A stretch of 45,128 nucleotides of DNA from Bacteriovoracaceae bacterium (GCA_018649885.1 JABIHA010000001.1:1-45128); one strand, 5' to 3'. Shown: positions 19,798-29,247, counted from the stretch's first letter. The notes: generated by a model not told the origin, from the sequence alone. Translations and numbers: made by a program.

Positions 19798-21348
19798 ATG
19801 AAAAAAGAAGATCGCGCGCTCGCCTGGGAAATTATTGAAAAGAGAGTGGTAGAAAAAATTGAGGGACTGTCTGGCGCTGATTATAGGGGCCAAAAAATAA
19901 GTGATGGTCCGGCATTTTTTTTAAAAGATCTCTTTGAAAAAGAAATTCCTAGGTTAGAAAAATTAAAAAGACCACAGAAGGCCTATTTAGATACTCTTAA
20001 AGGACTTAGGCAATCTGATGATTTGAGTGCTGCTGTGTCAGTTATAACAAAAATATATTTAAAAGAGATTACGGGTAGGCTAAATCCTTTTTGGTTTAAT
20101 TTAATTTCTTCTATTGGGCCCAAATTATTCTCACTGGTATTTGTCAGGAAAAATATTTGGAAGATTATGAGAAATGCCATTTTTCAAGTGAGCATAAAAC
20201 CCTTTTTCCGACTCTCAGGAAACGATGAACTAATTCAAGAGCTGTCGAGGAAGGGGACCTTGATAGTCGCCCCCACGCATAGCTCTAACTTGGATTCACC
20301 TCTACTAGGGCTTGGTTTTCACAAAATGGGACTTCCTCCACTGATTTACGGTGCTGGGATAAACCTTTTTGAGTATAAATTCTTTGCTTTTTTTATGAAT
20401 CAATTAGGTGCTTTTAAAGTTGATCGGCTTAAAACAAATGAGCTGTATAAACTGGTATTGAAAGAGTATTGCACCTATAGCTTAGAAATTGGATATCATA
20501 ATCTTTTCTTTCCAGGAGGCACACGGGCCAGAAGTGGAGAGATCGAGTCGAAACTTAAAACAGGTCTTTTAAGCTGTGGTATTGAAGCCTATTGCAATAA
20601 TGTAGCAAAAAAACAAAGTGATAAGAAAATATTTATTGTTCCTTGTACTATCAATTATCACTCAGTTCTTGAAGCTCCCACTCTAATTGAAGATCATCTC
20701 AAAAGAGAGGGGCAAAAGAGATTTATTATCAGTGATGATGAATCATCAAGACCCAATGACATTTTTTATTTTCTTAGATCGAGTTCCAAGTTTTATCTGC
20801 ATATTGGTCAGCCTACAGATCCCTTTGGAAACCGTGTTAATGAGAATGGGGAAAGTATCGACAGCTCTGGCAATGTTATTGATATTGAGGCCGTCGCCAA
20901 ATCTGTGACAAATGACAACGAAAACTATCAGTGGACTAAAAAATCAGCTAGGGAAATTGTGGCAAGTTACAAGAGAAACAATGTCATACTTAACACTCAT
21001 GTTGTGGCCAGAGTTCTCTATCAGGAAGTAAGGCAGAGATATCCAGATCGTGATGTAACGGAGCTTACCTTTCTTGAAGAGAATAGGGAGAGTGTCGATT
21101 TATCTGTTTTATACGATAAAGTGGAAATCCTAGTGGACCAACTTCGTAAACTTCACCAAAGCGGAGAGATCATTTGCTCAGAGGATATACTGACAAGAAA
21201 TATCACGGGTGTTCTACAAGAGGGCCTGGAAATTCTGACTCACTTTCACTGGCCATCGGCCATTAGAAAGCACGGCCACAATCTTATTATTTCAAATTTT
21301 AAACTACTACTTTTTTATCAGAATAAAATTAATGGACACGATATTTAG
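19798..21348 (+). CDS. Glycerol-3-phosphate/lysophospholipid acyltransferase (PlsB-like)
   Basis: HxxxxD motif PTHSSNLDS, GAFKVDR, FFPGGTRARSG, IVPCTINY. Confidence 0.88.
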   Translation: MKKEDRALAWEIIEKRVVEKIEGLSGADYRGQKISDGPAFFLKDLFEKEIPRLEKLKRPQKAYLDTLKGLRQSDDLSAAVSVITKIYLKEITGRLNPFWFNLISSIGPKLFSLVFVRKNIWKIMRNAIFQVSIKPFFRLSGNDELIQELSRKGTLIVAPTHSSNLDSPLLGLGFHKMGLPPLIYGAGINLFEYKFFAFFMNQLGAFKVDRLKTNELYKLVLKEYCTYSLEIGYHNLFFPGGTRARSGEIESKLKTGLLSCGIEAYCNNVAKKQSDKKIFIVPCTINYHSVLEAPTLIEDHLKREGQKRFIISDDESSRPNDIFYFLRSSSKFYLHIGQPTDPFGNRVNENGESIDSSGNVIDIEAVAKSVTNDNENYQWTKKSAREIVASYKRNNVILNTHVVARVLYQEVRQRYPDRDVTELTFLEENRESVDLSVLYDKVEILVDQLRKLHQSGEIICSEDILTRNITGVLQEGLEILTHFHWPSAIRKHGHNLIISNFKLLLFYQNKINGHDI

Positions 21349-21570
21349 TCATAAGATATCGAGGATTTTTTTCGGATTAACAGTTACTCTTGTTGCCAGA
21401 GGGTATTCGTCGTTCAGAGTTCTGACTGGCACCTTTCTCCACGAGTTATCTTGGAGTTCGATATTAGGCCTTGGACGCTTTCCATGCTCGTCAACGATAT
21501 AGACGGGCTTGGCCTTTTCTGGAAAGGTGTAAGTCCTATGAATAACGCTATTTAACTCGCGTAATGCCAT
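21349..21570 (-). CDS. Small hypothetical protein, 73 aa
   Basis: AGGA RBS; sigma28-like promoter upstream; fills an intergenic gap. Confidence 0.65.
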   Translation of the reverse strand: MALRELNSVIHRTYTFPEKAKPVYIVDEHGKRPRPNIELQDNSWRKVPVRTLNDEYPLATRVTVNPKKILDIL

Positions 21571-21605
21571 ATCAATCCTATTAGTTAAGGGGCAGGCAAT
21601 ATGTC

Positions 21606-21633
21606 GTTTCGGACTATTCTAGCAGAAGCTTGA
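21606..21633 (-). promoter_or_regulatory. Putative sigma28 promoter
   Basis: TCAAG-N15-TCCGAAAC. Confidence 0.4.
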
Positions 21634-21746
21634 GCAAAACAATCAAGTTATTTTCTCAATAAAATCTGTTTGGTCTCGCAGTAGGGGACTGGAATCAAAG
21701 CTCTTCTATTATTTTCATTTAAATTTCTCAAAATATTTTTTTGAAT

Positions 21747-22919
21747 TTATTTGTACAATTGCCTAAATTCTTCAAGACGGTTATCTAGAAAATCAATCGC
21801 CTTTTGAGAATCCCGCTCCACGCCCCAGGCCGTACTTTCATCCCTTGGGTCGTGATGAGAAAGTGTATAGATGCGATCAAGCTCAGTTTGTAAGTAAAAT
21901 GGAAGAGATCCATCTTCAACCATTGAGTTAACCTCAGCTAGTTTTTCTAAAAAAGATTCATGGCACTCATCTGAATCTAAGCAGTTGATAAATAATATAC
22001 CTGGATCAGGCCTTTCACTTAAGGGATCATTTAAAAGAAGAGTTTCATCAAAGAGTTGATCCATGCCCCAGGGTATAAAAGTCCATTTTGCTGTAGAGGG
22101 TTCATAGTAGAGGAAGTAGTTATTGTGCCAAGTAAGGTATGAGTCTCGATTTCCTAAGTATGTGAGTAGGGCAAATGACATCATAAGCTCATCTGCGTAA
22201 AAGTTTTTCTCTATAAATCCCCAGTAGCTCTCAGTCGATGTTTTCTCTAATTCATCAACTAAGCTAGACAAATAGATCCGGTCAGGATCATCACCTTCTT
22301 GTAATTCAAAGTTTTGAACACCACGTTGGTTTAAGTCTAGTCCGCTACCTTCATAGAGTACGCCGGTAGGGTCATTAAACTGAGCTTCAACAAATTCTTC
22401 GTCTAAGGCCTCAACAATAGAGTAAAGCCCGTAGTCAACTCCGTTAACACTAACGCAGGTGTATCCTTGGCGCGGAGAAATGAGACCTTGGTCCTGGAAA
22501 ACATGGTAGCCTATATTGTCTGAAACTTTGGCCTGGTCTTGAATCATCGAATTGAGATTAAACCTCTCCATTCCGTTTAAGGTTTGGTCACGATTGAATT
22601 CATGTAAGTCAATTTTAAAGCTGGCCTTTTGATCAATATCTCTAAAGGAGCCATGTCCTTTGAGCTTTAATCCCACATTGGAATAGATCTCTCCGTTAAT
22701 ATAAATATCTGCTGGTAGGTCATCCACACCTTGATCAGGCATAGTGGGTAATTTGGACATATTGGCGTCAGACATAACAATTTGAATATTTTGAATACTT
22801 TCGTGACTATAGACAAACTCTGCGGTTCCATCAGTTGGAAAATTAGCATAGTCCCCACAGCTTTGGGCCGTTTCAGGGGGGCTACACCCGAGCCATAACA
22901 TCCATAGCAAAGCTGTCAT
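21747..22919 (-). CDS. CotH kinase family protein (probable lipoprotein)
   Basis: VGLKLKGHGS, KASFKID, YGLYSIVE, HNNYFLY and FIPWGMD motifs; N-terminal WLGC. Confidence 0.88.
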   Translation of the reverse strand: MTALLWMLWLGCSPPETAQSCGDYANFPTDGTAEFVYSHESIQNIQIVMSDANMSKLPTMPDQGVDDLPADIYINGEIYSNVGLKLKGHGSFRDIDQKASFKIDLHEFNRDQTLNGMERFNLNSMIQDQAKVSDNIGYHVFQDQGLISPRQGYTCVSVNGVDYGLYSIVEALDEEFVEAQFNDPTGVLYEGSGLDLNQRGVQNFELQEGDDPDRIYLSSLVDELEKTSTESYWGFIEKNFYADELMMSFALLTYLGNRDSYLTWHNNYFLYYEPSTAKWTFIPWGMDQLFDETLLLNDPLSERPDPGILFINCLDSDECHESFLEKLAEVNSMVEDGSLPFYLQTELDRIYTLSHHDPRDESTAWGVERDSQKAIDFLDNRLEEFRQLYK

Positions 22920-23280
22920 AAATCCTCATTGATAAAATTACAGCTTAGTTTACAACGTGCTCCCGTGACCCGGTACAATGAACTACAAACCCTAGCACAA
23001 TTACATACTCTGTTAGGATCCTGACACCTTTAATTAGAGTATCTGAGGGTTTTGATTTCTTGATAAAGGTCATGCTTTTTACCAAAAACAGATTTTCTTT
23101 GTAGGAATAATTTGAAGTGTAGAAAAGGAAGTGAGTATATTGATCATTTTTTTAGCTAAAACTACCGATCTAGAGTCACATTGTGATTTTTTATAACTGG
23201 ATTTGAGTGAATGTAAAAGCACCTAGTCGCTTTAAGTTAAATGAATTACCATTACTCAGATACAAAAAAAGGTTTAGAAG

Positions 23281-24141
23281 ATGTTCGAGATAAAGAAATC
23301 AGTTTTTCTTTCTGAAAATGTGAAATCGTTTGAAATTGTCGCCCCTAGAATCGCAAAGCATAGAAAGGCGGGACAGTTTGTCATACTAAGAGTCCACGAT
23401 AAAGGGGAAAGAATTCCACTTACCATCGCAGATTCCAATGAGGAGCAAGGTACTATTACTCTTATTGTCCAAGGCATTGGTAAGACTACCATGGAGCTCA
23501 ACGATCTTAATACAGGTGATAGCATCCTGGATGTGGTCGGCCCCCTTGGCCAGGCTTCTCATATTGAAAATTTTGGAACTTCTATCTGTATTGGTGGCGG
23601 AGTCGGTACGGCCATCGCTTATCCCACTGCTGTCGCTCTGAAAGAGGCAGGCAATTATGTTATCACCATAAATGGTGCCAGAAACAAAGATCTCGTTATA
23701 TTAGAAAAAGAAATGAAAGAGTTTAGTGATGAGGCCTATATTACAACTGATGACGGAAGTTGTGGGCACAATGGTTTTGTCACAGATATTTTAAAAAATC
23801 TTATTGGGGAAAATAGAAAAATTGATTTTGTACTAGCAATTGGACCCATACCCATGATGCGAGCTGTTGCCGAGGTAACAAGGGAGCATGGAATTTCTAC
23901 TTTTGTTAGCTTGAACCCTATCATGATTGATGGCACTGGAATGTGCGGGGGATGCCGGGTGATTGTCGATGGAGAGTCGAAATTTGGATGCGTTGATGGT
24001 CCAGAATTTGATGCTCATAAGGTCGATTTTGATAACTTAGTTAATAGAAACCGCACATATAGTAAACTTGAAAAAGAGTCCATCGAAAGGTCAGCAAGCT
24101 GTCCGAAAGTAAAGGCCTCTAACGAAATAGATAACAAATAA
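23281..24141 (+). CDS. nfnA: Nfn small subunit (FAD/[2Fe-2S]; sulfide/dihydroorotate dehydrogenase-like)
   Basis: GQFVILR, ERIPLTIAD, GPLG, GGGVG, DGTGMCGGCRV...CVDGPEFD. Confidence 0.9.
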   Translation: MFEIKKSVFLSENVKSFEIVAPRIAKHRKAGQFVILRVHDKGERIPLTIADSNEEQGTITLIVQGIGKTTMELNDLNTGDSILDVVGPLGQASHIENFGTSICIGGGVGTAIAYPTAVALKEAGNYVITINGARNKDLVILEKEMKEFSDEAYITTDDGSCGHNGFVTDILKNLIGENRKIDFVLAIGPIPMMRAVAEVTREHGISTFVSLNPIMIDGTGMCGGCRVIVDGESKFGCVDGPEFDAHKVDFDNLVNRNRTYSKLEKESIERSASCPKVKASNEIDNK

Positions 24142-24155
24142 AAGGATAGGCTTTT

Positions 24156-26057
24156 ATGGCTAGCTTCCCAGAAAAAAAAGATAGAATGAAAATACCCAGG
24201 AATAAGATGCCTGAAATGAACCCAATCAAGCGTGCAGCTTGTTTTGAAGAGGTAAGTCTTGGTTACAGTAAAGAAGATGCAATCACGGAGGCCCAAAGAT
24301 GTCTTCAGTGTAAAATACCCACCTGCATAGACGGCTGTCCAGTAAGTATTAAAATTGATCAATTTATTACACTATTGGTAAAAGAAGATTTTTCAGGTGC
24401 TCTAGATAAAATTAAAGAGGATAACTTCCTTCCTGCCATCTGTGGACGAGTTTGTCCTCAAGAAAAACAGTGTGAACAAACCTGTGTGGTGGGAAAGAGA
24501 AATGAGCCCGTTGCTATTGGTAGACTCGAGCGATTTGTGGCGGATTACAATAGAGATAATGAAAAACCCAAGGACGTTAAAAGAGCTGCACCTACCGGAA
24601 AGAAAGTGGCTATTGTGGGGAGTGGTCCTGCTGGACTGGCCTGCGCTGCTGACCTTGCTTCTTTTGGTCATCAAGTGACAGTATTTGAAGCGCTACACGA
24701 ATTTGGAGGAGTGCTGATCTATGGTATTCCAGAATTCAGGCTGCCAAAAGAAATTGTAAAATACGAAATTGATAACTTGAAAAAATTGGGTGTGGAGTTT
24801 GTTGCAAACTCCATTGTGGGAAAAACCATTACACTTAGTGAGCTTATGGAAGAAGAAGGCTTTGAAGCAATCTTTTTAGGACTTGGAGCAGGACTTCCTA
24901 CTTTTATGAAAATTCCAGGTGAGGAGTTTGCTGGAGTTTATTCTGCCAACGAATTTTTGACTCGCGTGAATTTGATGAAGGCCAATCAATTTCCGAACTT
25001 TGATTCACCTATATTAGACTGCAAAGATAAAACAGTAGTAGTCGTGGGTGGAGGAAATACGGCCATGGACGCTGTTAGAGTGGCCAAGCGTCTTGGTGCT
25101 AAGAGTGCCAAGATCATCTACAGAAGATCACTGGAAGAAATGCCTGCTAGAAATGAAGAAATTCATCACGCTCAAGAAGAGGGAATTGAATTTTTAAATT
25201 TAACCAATCCCATCCAGTATATAGGTGATGACAAACAAGTTGTGAATGCCATTAAGTGCCACAAGATGGAGCTTGGTGAACCAGATGATTCAGGACGTAG
25301 AAGACCAGTTGTCATTGAAGGAAGTGAATATGAAATAGATGTGGACGTTGTGGTTGTGGCCATTGGCAATAGCTCAAACCCACTTATAAATAAAAGTAAT
25401 CCAGAGATTGAGGTCAATAAATGGGGCAACCTAGTTGTTGATGAAGAAACTATGGAAACCTCGGAAAAAGGGGTCTTTGCTGGTGGAGATATTGTCACTG
25501 GTGGTGCCACTGTCATTTTGGCCATGGGTGCTGGAAGAAAAGCCGCGCTGGGAATTCACCATAGCTTAATAGCAAAAGCAGGAAAAAAAGATATGAAATT
25601 AGATGAAATATTAGATGTTGTTATAAATGTAGAAGTAGAATCTCAAAAATTTTATCGTATGGGACTTGATATATGTAGTGAGGGTGAAACCCATAAATTT
25701 ATAAAACACCTTTACGAAGATGAAATTAAGCACGAAAGAATGATCAGAAACCTAAAAGATTCAAATCTATATGATGGAAGTCAGCTGATTGAAAATGTTG
25801 AACATCTCAATCTCGAAGACTCTCACAAAACCGAAAATTTTGAGTGGTCTAATAACACCACCATCGAAGAGGCCTTAACCGTGGCCATAAAAAGGGAAAA
25901 TCACGCCTTCCAATTATTTACCAAATTAGTGGAGCTCAAATTACCTCAGGAAATTAAAGATCTTTTTACAAACCTGGCTGAAGAAGAAAGACAGCACCTA
26001 GCTGAGGTTGAAAAAGAGTATGGACTCGCCACTGGCAATATGGGGGATGAAGGGTAA
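24156..26057 (+). CDS. nfnB: Nfn large subunit (GltD/SudA-like) fused to a C-terminal ferritin/rubrerythrin-like domain
   Basis: RCLQCKIPTCIDGCP, CGRVCPQEKQCEQTC, GSGPAG, YGIPEFRLPK, GGGNTA, YRRS; after residue ~480, two E...ExxH motifs. Confidence 0.88.
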   Translation: MASFPEKKDRMKIPRNKMPEMNPIKRAACFEEVSLGYSKEDAITEAQRCLQCKIPTCIDGCPVSIKIDQFITLLVKEDFSGALDKIKEDNFLPAICGRVCPQEKQCEQTCVVGKRNEPVAIGRLERFVADYNRDNEKPKDVKRAAPTGKKVAIVGSGPAGLACAADLASFGHQVTVFEALHEFGGVLIYGIPEFRLPKEIVKYEIDNLKKLGVEFVANSIVGKTITLSELMEEEGFEAIFLGLGAGLPTFMKIPGEEFAGVYSANEFLTRVNLMKANQFPNFDSPILDCKDKTVVVVGGGNTAMDAVRVAKRLGAKSAKIIYRRSLEEMPARNEEIHHAQEEGIEFLNLTNPIQYIGDDKQVVNAIKCHKMELGEPDDSGRRRPVVIEGSEYEIDVDVVVVAIGNSSNPLINKSNPEIEVNKWGNLVVDEETMETSEKGVFAGGDIVTGGATVILAMGAGRKAALGIHHSLIAKAGKKDMKLDEILDVVINVEVESQKFYRMGLDICSEGETHKFIKHLYEDEIKHERMIRNLKDSNLYDGSQLIENVEHLNLEDSHKTENFEWSNNTTIEEALTVAIKRENHAFQLFTKLVELKLPQEIKDLFTNLAEEERQHLAEVEKEYGLATGNMGDEG

Positions 26058-26081
26058 CCTCCCATTAAACACCCTTTCTTG

Positions 26082-27815
26082 TTAAGAAGAGTCTTCTTGA
26101 ATATGAAAACCAAATTGAGAGACAATATCTTCTGCGGTGATGATGCCCAGAAGAAAATTGTGATTGATTCTGCTGACCACAAAAATTCTACCCACATTGT
26201 GTTTTTTGAGTTTGTGGAATGCGACCAGGAGTGATTGGTCAGGAAAAACTGTGATTAAATCTTTTTGGCAGATATCTTTTAGATGAATTTTCTTCTCATC
26301 TTTTGCTATGGCAATTCTAATCTCGTTGACAGTCGTTACGCCAAATATGCGATCCCCTCTCATTACAGGATAACCGCTAAACCCAAATTTCCCAGCTTCG
26401 ACAAGTGCTTCAGCTAAAGGCATCTTCTCACTTAAGCTGGCCACATCCTTTTTCATAGCGTCTTCAACGTGGAGTTGATCAAGAAGCTCATCATCTTCTC
26501 TTGAGGGAAGGTGAAGCCCATCTTGTTCACTCAGCGCCTCGTAGATACCACCTTTGTTAAATTTAAGCTGGGAGGATATCAAATAGCTTGAAATATTTGC
26601 GAGCATTAGTGGCAGGATAATATTGTAATCGTGGGTGAGTTCAAAAATAATTAAAATAGAGGTAAAGGGTGCACGGATAACTGATACAAAGTAGGCACCC
26701 ATTCCCACGAGCGCATAGGGGCCGATTTCACCAACCCACTCGGGAGAAATTAATTGGAAAACACTGGCAACGAGTGCACCTACCATTGCGCCTATGAAAA
26801 GGGTTGGCATAAAAAGTCCACCGCTGGCACCGCAGGCATAGCTAATACCAGTAGCTAAAAACTTTAATACAAAGAGTAAGGCGATGATGTGGATGCCTTC
26901 AATATTTCCTAACAGGGCCTCACGTATACCAATGTGGCCACCTCCAAGAATTAGTGGAGCAATCATGCCTGCTAGTGCCACTAATACAAAGCTTGTCATG
27001 ATGATACTAAGGCGATGGCCTTTGAATAACTTCATATTCTGCTTTCTTAAAAATAAAACAAATCGAACCCATGCCGGACCAAGAAAAGCAGAGACTATTC
27101 CTATGGCCAGATAGATTATGAGTTGAGAGGTTTCGGTAAGGGAATATTCAAATTCTGGAAACAGATGATAGTTGCCCAGAAAAAGGTAACTAGTATAGCT
27201 GGCAAGAAGTGCGGAGATTACTATTGGACCAATAGATTTGGCATTAAGGTCTCCTACAACTTCTTCTAATGTAAAAAATATGGCCGCAATTGGGGTGTTA
27301 AAAGCAGCGGCAATGGCCCCTGCACTGGCTTGGGCCACAAGAGATTTGGTTCTTTTCTTAGAAAGAGAAAAAGTCTGCGCTAGTGTTGAGCCAAGGCCAG
27401 CACTGACTGCTACTGTGGGACCTTCTCTTCCTAAGCTTAATCCTGAGATTAGGGTTAATATAGTGGTTATCAACTTTGCGGGCCAAAAGCGGCTGTTGAA
27501 AATGCCATTTTTTGCTACTAGCAAGACTTTTACAGCAGGAATGCCTGAGCCAGATGTTTCAGGGAAAAATCTGGTGGTTAAATATCCTGAAAGAAAAATG
27601 GCAACGGCTCCCGAAATCCAGGCAATGAGATTAAAGGAGTTATTTGTTCCCATTAAATGTGAAAGGAAATGAACAGCCTTATTGATGAAAACTGCAGTAA
27701 TTCCACTCAAGACACCAACTACAATGGTGAGAAGAAAATAAATTTGCTCATCACTAAGATTGTAATGGGCCAATTTTTTTCTAATTTTTAATTTATAGAG
27801 ATCTTGGATTTTCAC
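26082..27815 (-). CDS. clcA: ClC-family Cl-/H+ antiporter with tandem CBS domains
   Basis: GSGIP, GREGP, FTLEE, GGLFMP and IY motifs; CBS pair at C-terminus. Confidence 0.93.
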   Translation of the reverse strand: MKIQDLYKLKIRKKLAHYNLSDEQIYFLLTIVVGVLSGITAVFINKAVHFLSHLMGTNNSFNLIAWISGAVAIFLSGYLTTRFFPETSGSGIPAVKVLLVAKNGIFNSRFWPAKLITTILTLISGLSLGREGPTVAVSAGLGSTLAQTFSLSKKRTKSLVAQASAGAIAAAFNTPIAAIFFTLEEVVGDLNAKSIGPIVISALLASYTSYLFLGNYHLFPEFEYSLTETSQLIIYLAIGIVSAFLGPAWVRFVLFLRKQNMKLFKGHRLSIIMTSFVLVALAGMIAPLILGGGHIGIREALLGNIEGIHIIALLFVLKFLATGISYACGASGGLFMPTLFIGAMVGALVASVFQLISPEWVGEIGPYALVGMGAYFVSVIRAPFTSILIIFELTHDYNIILPLMLANISSYLISSQLKFNKGGIYEALSEQDGLHLPSREDDELLDQLHVEDAMKKDVASLSEKMPLAEALVEAGKFGFSGYPVMRGDRIFGVTTVNEIRIAIAKDEKKIHLKDICQKDLITVFPDQSLLVAFHKLKKHNVGRIFVVSRINHNFLLGIITAEDIVSQFGFHIQEDSS

Positions 27816-27829
27816 CAGCTACCTTATAG

Positions 27830-28321
27830 CTATATTTTTAAATACTCTTTTATCATACTTTCCATATCAAATGGCGAAGAATTTGGCGCAAATCGATTGG
27901 TGCAATTTCCAGCGGGATCAATAAGAAATTTTGTAAAGTTCCATTTGATTTTTTGACTGCCGAGAAGTCCAGGCTGCGCTTTTTTTAGAAATTGAAAAAC
28001 TGGATGTGTTTGGGCGCCGTTGACATCAATTTTTTCAAACATGGGAAATGTGACTCCGTAATTGAGAGTACAAAATTCACTGATTTCTGAATTAGCTGCT
28101 GGATCTTGCGCTAAGAACTGGTTGCAGGGAAAACCCAATATTTCTAATCCATTATTTTGGTATTTTTTGTAGAGCTCTTCAAGCTCTGCGAACTGAGGAG
28201 TAAAACCACACTTGCTCGCTGTGTTAACAATGATAACTACCTTGCCTTGCAGCGAGTCGAAATTAAAGTCTTCTCCACTAATCTTTTTTGCTACTAAATT
28301 GTAAAAAGGAATTTCACTCAA
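27830..28321 (-). CDS. gpx: Glutathione peroxidase family protein (Cys type)
   Basis: [33 protein letters not shown] before TTG. Confidence 0.95.
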   Translation of the reverse strand: MSEIPFYNLVAKKISGEDFNFDSLQGKVVIIVNTASKCGFTPQFAELEELYKKYQNNGLEILGFPCNQFLAQDPAANSEISEFCTLNYGVTFPMFEKIDVNGAQTHPVFQFLKKAQPGLLGSQKIKWNFTKFLIDPAGNCTNRFAPNSSPFDMESMIKEYLKI

Positions 28322-28379
28322 AATATTTTCCTCTGCTGCCTATGTGTGTGGTCACATGTTTGTATTACAGAACATCGAA

Positions 28380-28407
28380 ACCTCCTATAATTCATATTAT
28401 AGGAGGA
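28380..28407. other. Near-perfect inverted repeat, 11-6-11 layout
   Basis: ACCTCCTATAA-TTCATA-TTATAGGAGGA; function unresolved. Confidence 0.6.
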
Positions 28408-28496
28408 AAAATATACATAACGTATAGAAAATACGTCAGGCTGCTCAGTTTGGCCCAGGATGATTTAAGGTATGTTCGGATAAGGGTGCGAAAATA

Positions 28497-28850
28497 TTAA
28501 TGAAATTCTGTGTACTTCTTTGCGTTGTCTTTGGACAACTCAACTGGATATTTAACAGCATTCTTCTTCAACTTAATTAGGGCCTGGTAGTCCAGGTCTA
28601 CGTCTAGTTTGTCGGCGAGACGCATTAGGTAGAGGTAGACATCAGCCATTTCGTCTTTTATCTCTGAGGCCTTCTCGGGGTCATTCATGATTATTTGAGA
28701 TTCGTTTTCAGTAAGCCACTGGAAATGCTCCATAAGCTCACTGGTTTCAATTGATAGTGCCATGCATAAGTTTTTAGGGCTGTGATAGACGTCCCAATTT
28801 CTGTCCGCTGCAAATTTTCTCAATTTCTCTTTGATCATTTCCGAGTTCAT
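28497..28850 (-). CDS. MazG-like nucleotide pyrophosphohydrolase (dCTPase-like)
   Basis: DRNWDVYHSPKNL, ETSELMEHFQW, DEMADV, KNAVKYP. Confidence 0.92.
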   Translation of the reverse strand: MNSEMIKEKLRKFAADRNWDVYHSPKNLCMALSIETSELMEHFQWLTENESQIIMNDPEKASEIKDEMADVYLYLMRLADKLDVDLDYQALIKLKKNAVKYPVELSKDNAKKYTEFH

Positions 28851-28907
28851 TGGGAAGAGTTATCAAAATCTCTACTTTCCGGCAAATCGCTTGTGTAAAT
28901 TTGACCT

Positions 28908-28947
28908 AAAAATAAAGATGGGCCCCACTTCGCAGAAAGTGGGGCCC
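28908..28947 (-). terminator. GC-rich terminator-like hairpin with no annotated gene directly upstream
   Basis: GGGCCCCACTT-6 nt-AAGTGGGGCCC, followed on the minus strand by AUCUUUAUUUUU. Confidence 0.65.
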
Positions 28948-29247
28948 GAGAAACTACTCGAAAATGAAGGGGGAAAAGTCCAGACCACCAAGATCTGGCC
29001 CTCTCTCAGGGAACCATCAAATATTTTTATTTTTTATGTTTCTTGTATGGGGAACATCCAAAATCCATAAAGTGTACCTATACAAAATGAGACACCACGG
29101 CGCGGCATTAACGTAAATTGAATTAACATCACAGGGTAATATTTTCTAGTATTTTCACAGTTTTAGGTGCTCTTTTTGGAATTTGCTGTTCCAAAAAACA
29201 ATAGATTAAGAATGCTTAAATTTTATGAAGTTTTGGGGTGGGAACTT

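Noticed and set aside
24156..26057. Annotation as glutamate synthase small subunit (gltD)
   Set aside because: No gltB adjacent; paired with an NfnA-type gene.
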